DNA from: Raillietiella orientalis
Taxonomy: Eukaryota
Assembly (NCBI GenBank): GCA_036172245.1
Contig: JAYWIR010000011.1
Coordinates: 1,922,001 to 1,986,000 of the forward strand
Reading direction: 5' to 3'
Length of the DNA stretch: 64,000 nt
In this document: positions 1 through 13,735 of the stretch, piece by piece
Layout of the letters: each line of letters opens with the position of its first letter
How positions within the stretch are numbered: the stretch's first letter is position 1
The notes under the pieces: model-generated
Databases searched by the model: none
What the model was told of the DNA's origin: nothing
The model's input: only the letters and a program-made list of their open reading frames with translations
Program-made: the position numbers and the translations under genes

Positions 1-611
1 GGCTGCGATGGGACGGTGGTGCTTTCGGATGAAATTCGGCGGTTCATCGGTTCCGCGTGGCTTTCACGGAACACTCGAAGTTGTCATAATGTTTGCGTTG
101 CTGAAAAATCTTCCCCCGCAGTCCCGGGATCGAAATGGGATCAACCCACAATGGGAAGCTGCGAGCAGGGTAAGGTAGGCCGCCCCCTTAAATTTTCGCA
201 TTGCATCAATTCAGTAACAAGGTTCTGCTGCCAGAATCTTCTTAAAATCTCTAGTGAAAGCTATAAATTTCCATTATGCCCACAAACGTTTATGGAAGCT
301 ACCATATTGGTCTCCGTCTACAAGTTTCTGCAGTTTCGTCTACAGAAACGAGTTCTCGCAGGATCATTTTTAGAAGATCATTTTTTTTTTTTTTTTTTCT
401 TGGAAAACAAGCAGCTTTCTTTTAACGATGTGTGGCCCGTCTGGAAACCCAGTCTACATTTCAATTGCAATCAGCGAAGTCTATTTCTAAGACAATTTGG
501 AAGGTCATTATTTCTTGCACATGCATATGCCGGGAGATTCCCACGAGTACTCTAGGCCATTTTTTTTTCGTTTTCACAAAATGTTGAAATAAGTTTATAT
601 ATATATTAAAA

Positions 612-648
612 ACACACACACACACACACACACACGCACGCACGCACA
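612..648. repeat. (CA)n microsatellite
   Basis: acacacacac...cacgcacgcac seen directly. Confidence 0.9.
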
Positions 649-1049
649 TTCCTGTTGAAAAGAATCTCATAAAATGCGCCAATGGTTTTATTAGATGGAA
701 ATGATCATTTCTAATGGTTTGGTTTATTGTGGTTGGATGGTTCCATTCTGGGTTTAATGATATTTCCGCATTAATTCTCACGGAGCTTATTCTAATACAA
801 ATGCATCATCGTGAAAACAAATCTCCAGTGCTTCATTCCAAAGATAGCACAGTGCCCTTAGGCGACTTTTTTTTTTTTTTTTCTTTTTCCTTTTTTACTA
901 CCAAATGTCCGAATCAAGGAGCTGGCAACCGGAGAGAAAATATGAATGTGTTCAGTGAGCTCATGGATTTGCTTTACTTCCACGATGCTCTCCTTATCAT
1001 TCTAAAACGAAATCTTTTTTTTCTTTTCTTCATTCCTGTTCGCAGCTCC

Positions 1050-2530
1050 TTGCTCAGGAAGGCTGCTGCACCGTTCACCGTTCTGTACCGTAAGGCGGAG
1101 GTGAAGGAGCCTTCGCAGCCTTTTTCGCGGGCATCCCGGCATCCAGACTCGATCCGAACTCATCCTGGCATCCGCCGAACCCGCTCTCAAGCCAAGATGT
1201 CTCCTTACGGTGCACGCTGTTACGGGTACACCGCGCCCTTTGCGAAACACCGATCCGGTCCGAGCTCGCCGGCGAAACGGCGACGTGACGTCAGAAAGGT
1301 CGCTCGAAGGTACGGTTCCCGCGCAGTACGGCTCGCACAGAAACGGAAACCAAAAGATGAAACCGAAGACTTCGAGCCCGCATCCCTTTCCAGCCGTTTC
1401 TTTCCTTTTTGTTTGTTTGTTTTCCGAATGCCGGACCTCTGTCCGTGATGCAGGTCGAATTTCGAGGTTTCCGGAACTGACGGACATTTCGCGCGCTCCG
1501 GTGAACCGAGGAGGTGACGGGCCAGGCAGATCGTACGTTGGATACGAGGCAAAACGGAGGACGGGGGCATGAAATACAACGCCTGTTGCCGGCCGAGTAG
1601 GGTATGGAGGATGCCCTGGCAGCTGGGGTGTGACCCTCCCGGAGGTACCTCGCCGCCGCACAGGTGGGAAGCGGAACGCTGCTCATGTCAAATGCGGCGG
1701 CATCTTCCTCTGCCTTTCCGAGACAGAGAGAGAGATGAAGTTGTTGACGGGATGCTTGGGCAGGCCGCGGAGTATGCGATTCAGAGGTTGCCGTTGTCGT
1801 TTCTTTTGCATTCGGTTCAGCAATTTCCGTATTTGCGTCTCCCGAACCTCATCCCGAACGACCGCTTCTCATGTGAAATCGCCTTCCGCGGATTTCATGC
1901 ATCTTAAGAAACGCGCCGTGAATCGAATGGGATGCTGTTTATCAGGGAGCGACCCCGTCGTTCTTCTCCGCGAAACCCCCTCAAGAGAATGAGCACGCGA
2001 GTTCATGAAGTGGCTGGTCACACATACACATGCTCTCCTGTTCCGACCTAACCGTCCCTGCTCTTTCGCTCTGGGAAATGACGTGCTTCGTGTACGGGAT
2101 GTGTTTTTTTTTTTTTTTTTTCTTTCCGTTTTGCCAATCATCCGCGTGGCAGCATCCCTCCCTCCCTCCCTCCTCTTTTGTTTTTTTTTTGTTTTTGTTT
2201 TTTTTTCCGGCTATCGCACCCGAGCGATTCTGCGTCGATGCCCGTCGATACACATCGACAACATCATTTCGTGGAATTCGTTCCCGACGAATGTGTTTCA
2301 CCTCCCCCCGAGGCGTTCGTCGCTTGCGAGTTGGTCAGTTGGATTCGGTTCGAATGGGAGAAGCGATCGAAATTTTTTTTTTTTTTTTTCGAAAAAAGAG
2401 GAAGAAGAAGAAGGAGCTTTCGTCTCGCTTCCCTTTCTAGCACCGGCATCCGTTAGAAAGATCGGGACAAAGTGGACAGTTCTCCGGCAAGCAAAACGAA
2501 TGGCCCGCCTAATTTTTTCCCCGCCCGGTG
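1050..2530 (+). mobile_element. Degenerate RTE-like non-LTR retrotransposon, RT and C-terminal region
   Basis: Frameshifted motifs in the expected order: AQYGS (QxGF), QLGCDPP (QGCxLSP), GIFLCLSETEREMKLL (after YADD), VQQFPYL..DRFSCEI (VxxFxYLG..EI), ADFMHLKKRAV, TVPALSLWEMT (PTLLYGxETW), NIISWNSFPTN, QLDSVRM. Confidence 0.5.
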
Positions 2531-4599
2531 TCACGCGGGCGCATCGTTCTCTCGGAATCTCAGATGATCAGGAAGAAAAAAAACGGACAAAGAGGACTTC
2601 CTGGATGCTTCGCAGTCTTCCGCGGCCCTCCTACGCCCGAAACTTGCCTTTCGGACTCACCTAATCCCGAAGCAGCCCGTAGGGCAGCGCCTCTTTCCGG
2701 CCGCGGGACGCTCCGCGAACCCTGAAATGTTGACGGAACACCCCCGTGATCTCATAGGGTAGGAAGACATTCGTAGTGAATTCGTAGAGCCACCGAAATG
2801 TGAGAGTCAAGAGAACAAAAGCGAGCGTTTCCGTTCTCGAATTTCAGTTATGCAAAAGTTTCGTAATTTTTCACGAAACACTTATTGGCTGTCCGGGGAA
2901 CAGCAGTGTTCCGAGGAACACAGTTGGGGAACGGCTGCTGTAGGGAGGGATTCGGTGCCTCGTCCGAGGGCTCGCAAGGTGTTCTTGCAGAGCTGGAAGC
3001 GGTCTCTCATCCGCCCCTGGAAACTGCGTAGCAGAACCGTGGCGGAACTCTTCAACGAGTTCGTGGGGGGTTCAGCGCGACCCCAAATACCGACAACTGA
3101 GACGCCAGGCCCACTGAAATGATGGGGAAAATTGCGCCAAGGACCCTCCATCCGAAATGATCGTGGAGCTTCACGTACACCGCTGCGGACCAAACTGAGC
3201 GTTTCGGGGACGGGAGGGGAAACGCAAGGGTTCGTGAAGGTCGAGAACGGGTGCTCCAGGGAAGCCGTTCCCTCAGCGGTCGGGAATGATGAGCGTGAGA
3301 AAGGGGGAGGGGGCGTGGACGGCCGCTGCAGCGGTGGCGCTGCGGCGCCTCCGTAGAGCTCCGCCTTCCCTCGAGCGCACGCCGCCGCCCGGCGGGTCCC
3401 GGAGATGCGTCCCAATCCCTTCCGGGTTTCCCCTTCCAGAGGGAGCCCGTCCGGATCGCGCGCCTGGAGAGAGGTTCGCCCGATCCGCCTCGACTTCCCG
3501 GCGCGCGCTTCCGCCTCCCCGCGAGGGGCGGCGTTGCTGCGCGCCGCCGCTCCGTCCTTCCGCTTCCCGAAGAAGGTCTTCTTTCCTTTTTTTACGGCCG
3601 CTTTTCGTCGCGCCACGGAGGGGAAGGGAGGAGGGGGAGAGGGCGAAGAAAGCGATCCCCTTTTATCGCCCCACCTATCGGCCTAATCGCAATGATAAAT
3701 CGTGGAAAGTGAACTGGTAAAAATCTCCGGCAGCTCATATTCCTTTGTGCTCGGGAGATCCCCGGGAGCAATCGAACCCCCGTCCGGCGTTCGCGGGCAA
3801 AGAACACGTCCCTCACAGGTGATTTGTAATTCTTCAGATTGGAAGGGAGGGAGGGCGCCGCCGCTCTCCTCAGCGTCGTTATCCTCCTGACCCCCATTTC
3901 CGCGCTTTCCTCCTCCCGAGCCGGGGGCTCCGTCTCCCCCCTCCCCCATCCCATCCCCCTCTTCTCGCCACCGGCGAACTCGGACGCCCTCCGCTGGAGG
4001 CCCCGCGCGCCGCGCTCGCGTAATTGGCGTTCGCTCCCAAAGGCATTTCCCGAAATCGGCTCCCCCCCCCCCCCCATCGTCTGGGATTGGAACGCAACTC
4101 CGAGGGTGCCTGGAGACCGGCATCAGCCGAAGGCAGACAGCGCTCTATAGCGATTTCTCCACCCTCCCTCCCCCTCCCGCTGCTGCCCCCTCCGTCCTGC
4201 CGGCCTTCCCTCTTCTCCGCTAATCGCGCGAGAACCGGCGCGGCCGGCCTTCCAGGTTTCGCGTGCCTCGCTCGCTCCGTCCTCGCAGATGGAGGGCTAT
4301 TCATCCGCTCTTTGATTGCGGAGAGATGCATCAATTACGGGTTTTCCGTTCTCTCCGATACGTCTGGCTTTGGCGCCGGTCGATCGCTCTTCCCTTCATC
4401 AGACGCGGGTGATGAAGGGCAATCCGGAAGCATCTCTTTCTTTGCTCGTTAATTGCGCTGATAATCCGCAAAATCACGTGACGTGCAAGCCCCCTCCCCC
4501 CTCCTCCTCCCCCCTCGCACGGAACGCACGCACGCACTCACGCACGCACTTTTTTTCTTTTTTTTTTATAATTATTATTTTCGTTTGCGTCCTGTGCGT

Positions 4600-5100
4600 T
4601 CCTCGGGCAACGCTGACCCGGCAGCTGCTCCTTCGTCTCGCGCTTCCTGCCAGGGTTTCTGCCAGGAAGGACCCCCCAACGGCTTCCGCTGCGTGACAAA
4701 GCGGAATCCATTCGCCCCCCCCGAATCGTCCCGACGGAGGCAGGCAGGCAGGAGTGGGGGTGACCCTGGGATCCGTGCGCTCCCCGTGCCGGCGGCCCGG
4801 GAAGCGGCGGCGCGTGTCTTTTGACCTGGGTGGCAGTCAGTCGGAAGGACCGGCCTTGGGGGTGAGCTTGCGGGGGAGGCATCCGGAAAGGGATCCCCTC
4901 CGCTCTCGCCTCCCTTTCGTGCTCGCTGCGCGCAGGTCGAGAGCGCCCTCCCGCGCACTTCCGATCTCCGGAAGGTGACGGTGCATCTTCTCTCCCGGGT
5001 CCGTCCCGGCTCGCTCCTCGCACGTGATTTCTTGCGCCTCCACCCCGTGCCCTTCCCGTGCCGCGAAAAGGGTCACCAGGAAACTCCGACGCCGCCTCCT
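4600..5100 (+). mobile_element. Degenerate L1/Tx1-like RT core fragment
   Basis: GGIRKG(D)PL..PFVLAA (~RGIRQGDPLSPLLF) at ~4865-4930, then SLLARDFL (~YADD) at ~5010. Confidence 0.3.
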
Positions 5101-5155
5101 CCTCCCCACGGCCCCCTGGTTGCTGCGTGCCCGGCTCTTCCACCGGTGCCCCCAT

Positions 5156-6160
5156 GGGCAATCCCGGGCAACGCAATCGCGAAAGGTCGTGAAAGAAAAA
5201 GCACGTGCGTGCTCATCATATATAGATTGATGTGCATATTTATATGTATATGTTAATTTATATATTAACATGCTTACAAATATATATAATGAACATGCGT
5301 ATTTATCTTTTGTGATCTTTCGAGATAATTTATTATGTATTATAAGGATTTTTAAAATAACTATATTTGCTTCTTATATATGTGTGTATACGTGTATATA
5401 TATATACGTAATACATAATAATACATACATATAATATTTGCGGGATTTTGATCATTTGATAAATGCACACGCTTATAATTTGATTTTGATGTACTCATTT
5501 AATATGTTTTTATTATATATATTAATATATATAATAAACATTTATTTTTTATAACTTTGAACATATATGTATTAATTAACAATATGTATGCAATGCATGT
5601 TATCAGTATAATTAATTGCATTCATATTGTTCATTATATTAATAATATGTGTGTTAAAACTAATTCATATATTAATCTCTATATAAATACATACGTTAAT
5701 ATATACAATAAGGATATGTATCCATTTTTTTTCAATCTTTATAATATATATTCATCTCTTCAATATATACTTATCCTTATAATATATGCTAATCAGAATA
5801 ATGCATAGTAATCGATATATTATATTAATCTTTAAAAAATACGTTATTTTTTATACTATATATGAATATACATAATAAGCATATATATCTTTTTTATAAT
5901 CTTTATAATATATATTAATCCATATATTAATCAATACAATATACAAATCCGTATAATATATATTCATGTATATATTAATCTTCATAACATATCTATCTAT
6001 CTCTATAATAGATACTTATGCCTATGATATACATCAATCTTTGAAAATATATTTCGTTTTTATCTTTATCCTATGCATTAACCTTTGTCCTATATATTAA
6101 TACACATGAAAAATGTATGTATTTATGTTTTATGCGCTTTCGGGATTTCGATCGTTCCTC
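5156..6160. mobile_element. AT-rich non-autonomous element, copy 1
   Basis: Abrupt AT-rich island; right end ctttcgggatttcgatcg matches right ends of copies 3 and 4; left end aatccc..aatcgcgaaaggtc is an imperfect inverse. Confidence 0.7.
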
Positions 6161-6199
6161 CGTGCTCCGCGCGAGGCCGAGCGCAGCTTCCCTGCTCTC

Positions 6200-8500
6200 C
6201 ATCTTCTCGTTTGGGCGTCCGCAGGAGCCGTCCGTGTCGGCGGCGACAGAGTCCTCCCAGCCATCCCCGAACGCCTCCGCTGCGCGTCTTTCCGGGATTT
6301 CTCGGGAGAGCTTTCGGGACGCGCGGCGACCGAGGGACCGCGCCGAACCCCATCCGCCAAGGAGCTCCTTCCTCCCTCCACGTGTGTTCCCGGAAGGGAA
6401 GGGCCTCTCGCACTGCGGCGTCAGCACTGCACACTCCCGGCGTGCAGAGGAGCTTCGGCCGAGAGTTCCTGGGCGCCGAGATCATTCCGCCGCCGCCCCG
6501 CGCCACCTGCAAGGTGCTCCGCAGCGGGGCATCCCCCCTTCCCGCGCATCCCTTCGGGCCACCTCAGGTGCAGTGGATCCACTCGACTCCGGGATGCGCC
6601 CCTCTTGGGCGTGCTTGAGAGGAAGGCGAAACGAAGAGGCGCTGCAAAAGCGTTCTGGCTCCGCTCGCCGAAATCGCAGGGGGCAGGGGGGGCAGTTGGC
6701 CGCGAGACTTCGACGCTGACCCTCGCTCGACGAGGATGCATCCACTCATCCGCCGAGAATCTGCCAGCAGCGTATCGGGGACAGAAGAAGAGGGCAGCAA
6801 ACTCCGGGATGCTTTCCTTCACGATCTCCACCGCATCGGTTCATGGATAGATGAAGCGTCATTAGGCAGGAGTCGACAAAAGGATCGCTGCAGCCGGTCG
6901 TTGGCCGTCTAAGGAGACAGCAATTCCCTGTGAACATTTGCAGGGTGGATCGTGAGTCAGGGAAGCAGTCCCCCGGGAGATGCGTACCTCCTTGCTGTGT
7001 TTGGACGAGATGAGAAAGTTAATGGTCTCGTCTAGCGTTTGATGCAAGAGCAGCGCGCAGTCCTGGTCGTCCTCCATTTAAAGGACCAGGCCACTCCCAG
7101 AATTCCCAGAATGAGCGAAGTGAGGAGGGTGGATGCAGCAGCAGGATGGAGCGGACCGCAGTCCTCATCATGCCGACGGGAGAGTGACTCTTGGAGCCTG
7201 ATTGACTGGAAGGGATGGAGGAGGAGGTCGAATCCGCCTCTCCGTGCATTTTGCGCTTCCGTGAACGTTCGATAAAAAATCTGCCGGGAGGGACGCGGAA
7301 AGTCTGCGCTCGCAGCTCCATCTATGTCTTTGGGAGGAAAAGAACCGTCGAGAAGCGCGATGACATCCCGAGATGCCGGAGGCGCTGCTCTGTGCTGCAG
7401 CATTTATCTTCCTGGAACACCGAAAGGAGAGAAAAGGGTCTAATCCTTGACAGATCGGCTGCAATCTCCGGTCAGCGCCTGCGTTTCCGCGGTGATCGTT
7501 CGAAGATGAGCACGTGATAAGCAGCGCCTTCGCAGGTGAAACCGTCGGAGCTGAAGAAATGACATAAGGAGATGGTGAGAATCGCAGGCAATTCCAAGAC
7601 GGCGGCAGGAGAGCAGGGATTATCGGATCGCGTGCCGGAGACATGGCACCCGTTCGACTTGCCCAGGGCCGATTTCTTAGGGCACCTCGGGACGAATGTT
7701 CCTAGGTGCAGGCACACCTGTTCCCGATTTCGCGGGATGCCCCCCACCTTTAACCCCTCTTTAGCCCGAATTCTTTTCGCGGCTATGAAAAAAAGGAAGT
7801 TAGGGAACGTGAAATGAACAAGCATCAACCTCTACATACGAATTAGTAATGAATTCGATCCTTTCAATAGACTTTGTTATGACGAATGCGCTTTGTAACT
7901 GTGGGGTTACAGCGGCGTACAACGTACAACGCACTTGTGCGTGTACGAAACGCTCAAGCATGGGAGTTCCATAAAGCAGCTCGTGCTTGGCGTTGAGCGT
8001 ACATGTTGTTGTACACGTTGCATTTCGAACGTTCTGGTTTCGGAACTCCTTTGCTTATCCCGGCTTTTCGCGGAGTCCCCTCTCACCCGAAGCGATTGGC
8101 CAACGTGCGATTTCATCTCTTCGCACGTTTTCGGCTGGAAGTGTTGCACCCTCTCCCCCTTTTCTTCCCCCCTTCCAACTTGTTTATCTACAGCAGCTGA
8201 TACACCGCATCCTACCCTTACAGCTCGTTGCGACTTGTGAAGCCACAGAGCCGTGAATATAATAACAAAATGATTGTTTAGATGCGAACAAATTAGAGAT
8301 TATGGACGTACAGATCAAGGGCCATTACGTAGGCTTTTCCTTGTTTGTCAAAACGCCGACGGAGCATAAAGTAAAAGCAACTGCACAGGATGTACAACTT
8401 TTGTCGGCAGACAACTCGCGAAGGCATCTGCCTCGACATCTCCGGGTAGAGCGGACGTCCGTCGCCGAAACTGCTGCCGGTTACCAAGGAGACGCCACAC
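6200..8500 (-). mobile_element. Possible highly decayed L1/Tx1-like LINE 5' half (ORF1 zinc knuckles, endonuclease, RT start)
   Basis: Cys-rich ORF1-like QMPSRVVC../FCYIHG..SCKGRMRCISCC (~8190-8440), GIA..FSP (~7590), TDAVEIVKESIPEFAALF (~6830), GRIPESSG (~6590); all weak. Confidence 0.3.
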
Positions 8501-8711
8501 GATGGGGTGTATGTGCCACCTCGCGGTAAAAAATCAAGTAAATCGATAAGATATCGATATATTAGTATGTGACTTCAAAGTCACGCCCGGGCTACAGAGG
8601 GTCAAGCCCCGCACCACATGGTCACATACAAGGTGGCACACGAACGAGTGCGGTCCAGCAGCAGCCACGAGGCTCCCTCCGTAGAGATAGGGAGCAAACA
8701 TGGCGAGGGAG

Positions 8712-9825
8712 CACTGTAGGGCCTTTGGCTCAAAATCTGGAACACCCAAATCCCGGAAGATCTCAAACATATTCATATCTATGTGAAAATAAATTTGCAT
8801 AGTAATTCACCCGTAAATATATGCAAAATAAACATACATATTTATTTATTATAATTTTATAATGTATATTAATCTGCATATTAATCTATATGCAAATATA
8901 TATATATTTTTAAAATATTATGTGCTTTTTTATAATCTTTATAATATATAGTGATCTATATATAATCCACACATAAATAAAAAATACTTATGTGTTTATT
9001 AGTTATTTTAATATATATATTTGTATGCAGATTGGTATACGGATTAATGTATATTATAAGATAATAATAAACAAATATGTATGCTTGTTATGCATACATT
9101 TATGTATGGATCACTATACCAATTTATTTTAACATACATATTTATTAATATTTATTAACATACATATTATTATTCATCTACATAATCATATACATAAATA
9201 CATCATTAGATTATACATTAAAGATCATAAAAATAAATTTATGTGCTTATTATATATAATAAATATGTGTTGAATGATCCACACATAAATATCGAATAGT
9301 TAATAAATATCGAATTATAAAAAATAAGAAATAATATGGTGACAGCTGAAAATAGTGGAAAAAAATAAAAAAGCAAAGGAATTAAAAAAACACATGCAAA
9401 AAGAAATTTGGTATTTCATTTTCCAGTCATTTTCAATACTCAACAAATGAAACTTCCTCAGGAAATGACGAATTCTATTCTCGTGACTTTGATCGCTGGA
9501 AAAATGTATGTGTTTATAATTCGGGATCTATGTATTCATTTCACATATATGTATTATATGTATAAATATATATCGACATGTATGAGAAATATATTTATTT
9601 GTTGTAATCTTTATAATATATATCAATCTAAATACTGATATGTATTAATATATAATAAATATGTTGTAAATTATTCTAATAACATGTGTGTTAATAAATA
9701 TCAATAAATATATTGGAATCAATCTGCATACAAATTATATATATACAAATCAATTTGCCACCTTGCGGTAAAAAATTAAATAAATCAATAAGATATCGAT
9801 ATTTTATATACATATATATTTAGAT
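8712..9825. mobile_element. AT-rich non-autonomous element, copy 2
   Basis: Left end aaatcccggaagatc; core 9290-9520 (aaaatagtggaaaaaaataaa...aaagaaatttggtattt...aaatgaaacttcctcaggaaatgacgaattctatt) shared with copies 3 and 4. Confidence 0.8.
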
Positions 9826-9849
9826 CTCCTGAGCCGGAAGATGTCTGGT

Positions 9850-11150
9850 CCAGAGTAGGAAACGGCGGAGATGGCTCATCTCAAGACAGTTCCAGAGGTC
9901 GGTCGTGGAGCAGGGAAAGCAAGGGAGGGATTTCGTGGTTGGCTTTCTCTACCTGACCACTGCTCGTTCGTCGGGGTACTGAACCTGGCTGCATTCGTAC
10001 AGAAGACACGCGCACTCAAGTACCTCGGAGGTCAGTCGAGGGCACCGGTGCGGGGCAGCTGAGGCAGACACTGTGGCACGGCCAGGTCGTCCACGTCTTT
10101 CACGATGGAGCCCACCGTCTTCCGGATCTTCTCCCTGGCATGCGCTCGATGCGGCACCTCTTGGACGGCTGGTAGGCGCAGTGGCGCTCGGCAAGAAGCT
10201 TGTCGAAGGACTCCTTACCGTGACTCCGGAGGTGCCCGGCGCGCCTCGGTTTGCTTCCGGCAGGCTACACTTTCCGGCATCTCCACTGAAGTCTCGAGGC
10301 TCACCTCCTCCGTGCCTGAGGCGACCTGCTTCCTGAACAACCCGGCGAGGCGCTGACCGAGAGCTCTCTCGGAGGCCCACCCGCGGTCGCATGGCGCGGC
10401 GGCTTGGAGGCGGACATCTTCTCCAAGAACAGGGTGAACACCGGGCAACGGGAAACCACGGGGCGATCTAGATGCTGAGGCGGCTCTCAATGCAGTCGGC
10501 CAGCAGGGAGGGGTGGTCCAGACGGGTGGCCACCACTTCCGCGGGCGACGCGAGCACACCCTGTCTGGGAGCAGACAGGTGAACTCGGAGTCATACCCCC
10601 TGCTTCCTCGCCGGGGGCCGAGCCGCTTCACCAAGAGGCTCTCTGTCGCTCTCGCATTATGGCCGCGACGATCCACGGTTGCTGCTGAGGCTGCGAGACC
10701 ATCACGGCAGCGGGAGGAGCAGGCGAGGTTGCTGGACATGGCAGGGGGAAAGGGGCGCACTTACTGGGACGACCTCGGTCGATTTGTGGGTCAGTGCAGG
10801 GGTGTAGAAAGCGAAAGTGCACGGAAGGACCCAGACTTACGTTCAGTAAGGAGTGGTCAAGGGGGCAGTGGTACACATTCTACACACTCACACACGTGTG
10901 TGTGTGTGTACACGATATGGCGGCGTACCCCTCGATTTCGGGACGGAGGTGCTGCCATCTTGCCATCCTTGGCATTATGGATGGGATGAGGCGGTGCGGC
11001 CATCGTCGCTCCTCCGCTTGCGGCTGCTGCTGGGGTGGCGCAGCGCAGTATAGCCAGCAGCAGCCCGGCGGTCGGAGGTCCTCGTTGAGTGGCCGCCGAA
11101 GAAGCTTCCGAGGGTAGTCTTCCGGGTGCTGGGGGGCGGGGCGACCTTCC
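9850..11150 (+). mobile_element. Degenerate R2-like (restriction-like endonuclease) non-LTR retrotransposon, 3' part
   Basis: LKYLG (~10015), GQQGG (xQGxG), SRFTKRL..WPRR (FIxALxxR..PTR), DLGRFVGQCRGV..ARKD (ETLGHILGQC..RHD), TPRFRDGGAAILPSL (EPR..KPDL) in the expected order. Confidence 0.5.
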
Positions 11151-11249
11151 CTCCGAACTCGTCAGAAGTGGGGAGGCAGGTGAGGAGTAAAAGCTGAGCA
11201 GGTAAGCCGGAAATGGAGTACGACGAGGAGGAGGGTCTCGTTCTGGAGG

Positions 11250-13735
11250 AGGGTCGGGACTCGGACGGCGGCTTCCATCCTGGAGTCGACCGGGAACGGA
11301 CAGCAGAGCTCGGCAGGAGGCAGCTGCTGGGGGCGGTATGCGAGCAGCCTGGGGACGCGCAGAGGCGGCGCGGGTAAGAGGAATCGACCCTTCGTCCCCA
11401 GGTCACCACCTCCCGCAGCAGCTGCCCACCGCCAGAGACGCTGCTGTCACTGCCGACGCCGTGCGCGCGAGCAAAGATCGAAACTTGGGACGTGGACCTC
11501 GGAGACCGGACCCCAAGGGAGGCAGGAGAGAAGAGGGAGCCGCCGCCGTTCCCCACCTCCGGGACCTTCCATTCTCCGCATCCCGGTGCTTCCCCCCTCC
11601 TTTCCCTCCGCCTCTCGGGCCGCGGGAAGCCCCTCGGTGGCCGGACTGCGCATCCACGCGCAGCCTCTTTGACGACCCCTTCAAAAGGGCACCTCCGCCG
11701 GGTTCAGTTCTTCGGGATGCCATCACGAGTTCTGGAGGCGTCCCCGGTGCTCACGGGCAGTTCCCTCCTTCCCTCCCCTCAAGAGGCAGCAACCGGCGCT
11801 GCAATGGGAACTTCCATGCAATGCACGCCGCCCCCATTTGCACCCGGATACGCCGGGGCGTTTCTGTTCCCAAACGAGCAAAAATAAACAGGCTATGTAG
11901 ACTAGTGAATTCACTGGGACGTTCGAGAATATCGCTGCTGCGTCGAGGCTTGCGGTCTTCCTTCCCTGCTGGAGCACTTCCTGCGTGTTCGGGGGCGCCG
12001 CGGTTCTCCTGGCGCAACGCGTGACTGGGCGATCGGGGAAGCAGCCGCGAGCCTGGCACGCGTGGAGCAGCGCCACGGAAGTCCTTCCGGGGTGTTCTCG
12101 GGTCAAAGCAATGAAGCAGTCGTTCCCAAGGTCGCAGCGTTCCTCAAACGCGGCTGGCGCGGTTCAGGGAGGCTCCGCCAGTCGCATGGAGGCCAGGCCT
12201 CCTCGTGCTGCATCTGATAGGGAGAAGCGCTCAGCGCCGCCCAGATAGCGGCCTCACGAACTCTCCGACGAAGGGATGTCCAGGTATTCCTCCCGATGGA
12301 GCGGTCCTTTAGGGCGGTCTCCGGGTGGCGCCGCGAGGTCATCCACCCTTCGGGCTAGCAACCGTCCGTAGGGAGGACGGCGCTGCGGCTGAGTGGGTTG
12401 CGGCGGCTCGGGCCCACTTCTCTCGTTCCAATTCCATCTCCTCTACGGGGAGGCTGCTGGCAGGTTGGGGATGGGACGTGCCGGGGTTGCGTCTGCGCGC
12501 GTGATGCGGGCGGGTCCTCGGAGGCAGGATGCCAAGGCCGTGGCATGCCGGTGAAGGGTGAAGGTCCGCTGACGTTCTCCCCTCGAGGCAGCGATCTGCC
12601 TCCTCCGCGGGGATCCGAGCGCCTCCGTGCGGCCTCCGTTGCCCCTTGCAGCCGACCTCAGGGTTTCGAGCGCGCAGGCAGACCGGCACCGACGCCCCTT
12701 CCCGTTCTCGGTCGCCGAAGCCATTTTCTAGAACGGGAGCTGCAGCTCCATCTTCTTCGACGCCCGTGGGATGCCGCCGACCCTTTCATGGACAACCCGG
12801 TGGGCGGCGACATTGCTCGAGTTCCTCTTCACCCAGAGAAGAACTCCAGGAGACCGCCGCTCACTTCTGCTGCTTCTGTGAGCCCGCTGGTGCCCCAAAG
12901 CCGGCCGGGAAGGGGCAGGACAGCAAAGGCGCCGTTTCGATCACCATTTCCCGCGTGGGAGTCTCCCGCCTGGCGCCTCGCCTCGTGTGGCGGGAGCGAA
13001 ACGAAACGAAAGGGTCCAAGAGGAACGGGCGCCAAATGGAGTGCTGCTGCCGGCAAGCAGACCCACCTACCATCTTGGCGCCATCGCTCCATCTCCGCCT
13101 TCCGTAGACGGAGATGGATCAGGCTTGTGCAGAGCATGCCGACGCCACGGGACCGGGAGGCAGCGTGGGTCCGAGCCATGCCGCGTGAGCGGAAGAGTGC
13201 CCTTCCTGCGCCTGTTGCTCCAATGCGCGTTCCCTTCCGCAGAGTTGGGGGGGCGGGAAGGGGGCGTTTTCCCGCAACTCCTCCCCGTTCCTGTGAGCAA
13301 TCCCGTCGTCGTTGTCATTGAAGCCCGTGAAGAGTGCCATGCCAATCCATGCCTGCCAGCTCCGCAGCCACTGCAATTTCGCCGCCTCAGGGGGGCGAGG
13401 TAAGGAGAAAGTGATGGGGGAGCCATCTTCTTCGCAACCCCGGTCACTGCGGATCGCGTCGAGGCATACCCACGTGGGACGCCATAAAGAGGAGCTGGCC
13501 TGCATCCTGCACAGGATGCAGAAGATCCGACGAAATGGGATGTAATCCCTTCCCTCCCCCTCTTCCCCTTTTATTCCACAGACAGCCCTTTTTTGTTTTG
13601 TTTTGTTTTTTTCAGTTCTTCCGTTCCCGCTGTAAACCTCGCTAGCAGCCCCCCACGATCTATTGGACTTGGGGGTAGCATCGAGCTCCACCCATTCTGG
13701 ATGCTTGTCCCGGCGTGACCGGGAGAGAACCCTCT
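11250..13735 (+). mobile_element. L1/Tx1-like LINE family X, decayed copy (RT to 3' end)
   Basis: PKGG (11513), GYAGAFLF (~YADD, 11845), RLLLQCAF (zinc knuckle), LRIASRH..EELACILHRMQK* (13450-13545), T-rich UTR, end motif cccggcgtgaccggg at 13709; 3' end is the best-supported part. Confidence 0.7.

Noticed and set aside
1150..4100. One long minus-strand L1 element (SNLKNYK, CRYLG, etc.)
   Set aside because: 1050-2530 fits a plus-strand RTE-like RT better; the remaining motifs at 2600-4100 are too ambiguous to call
4570..6200. Inversion joining the plus-strand RT fragment to the minus-strand LINE at 6200-8500
   Set aside because: Both underlying calls are low confidence; cannot be supported by eye
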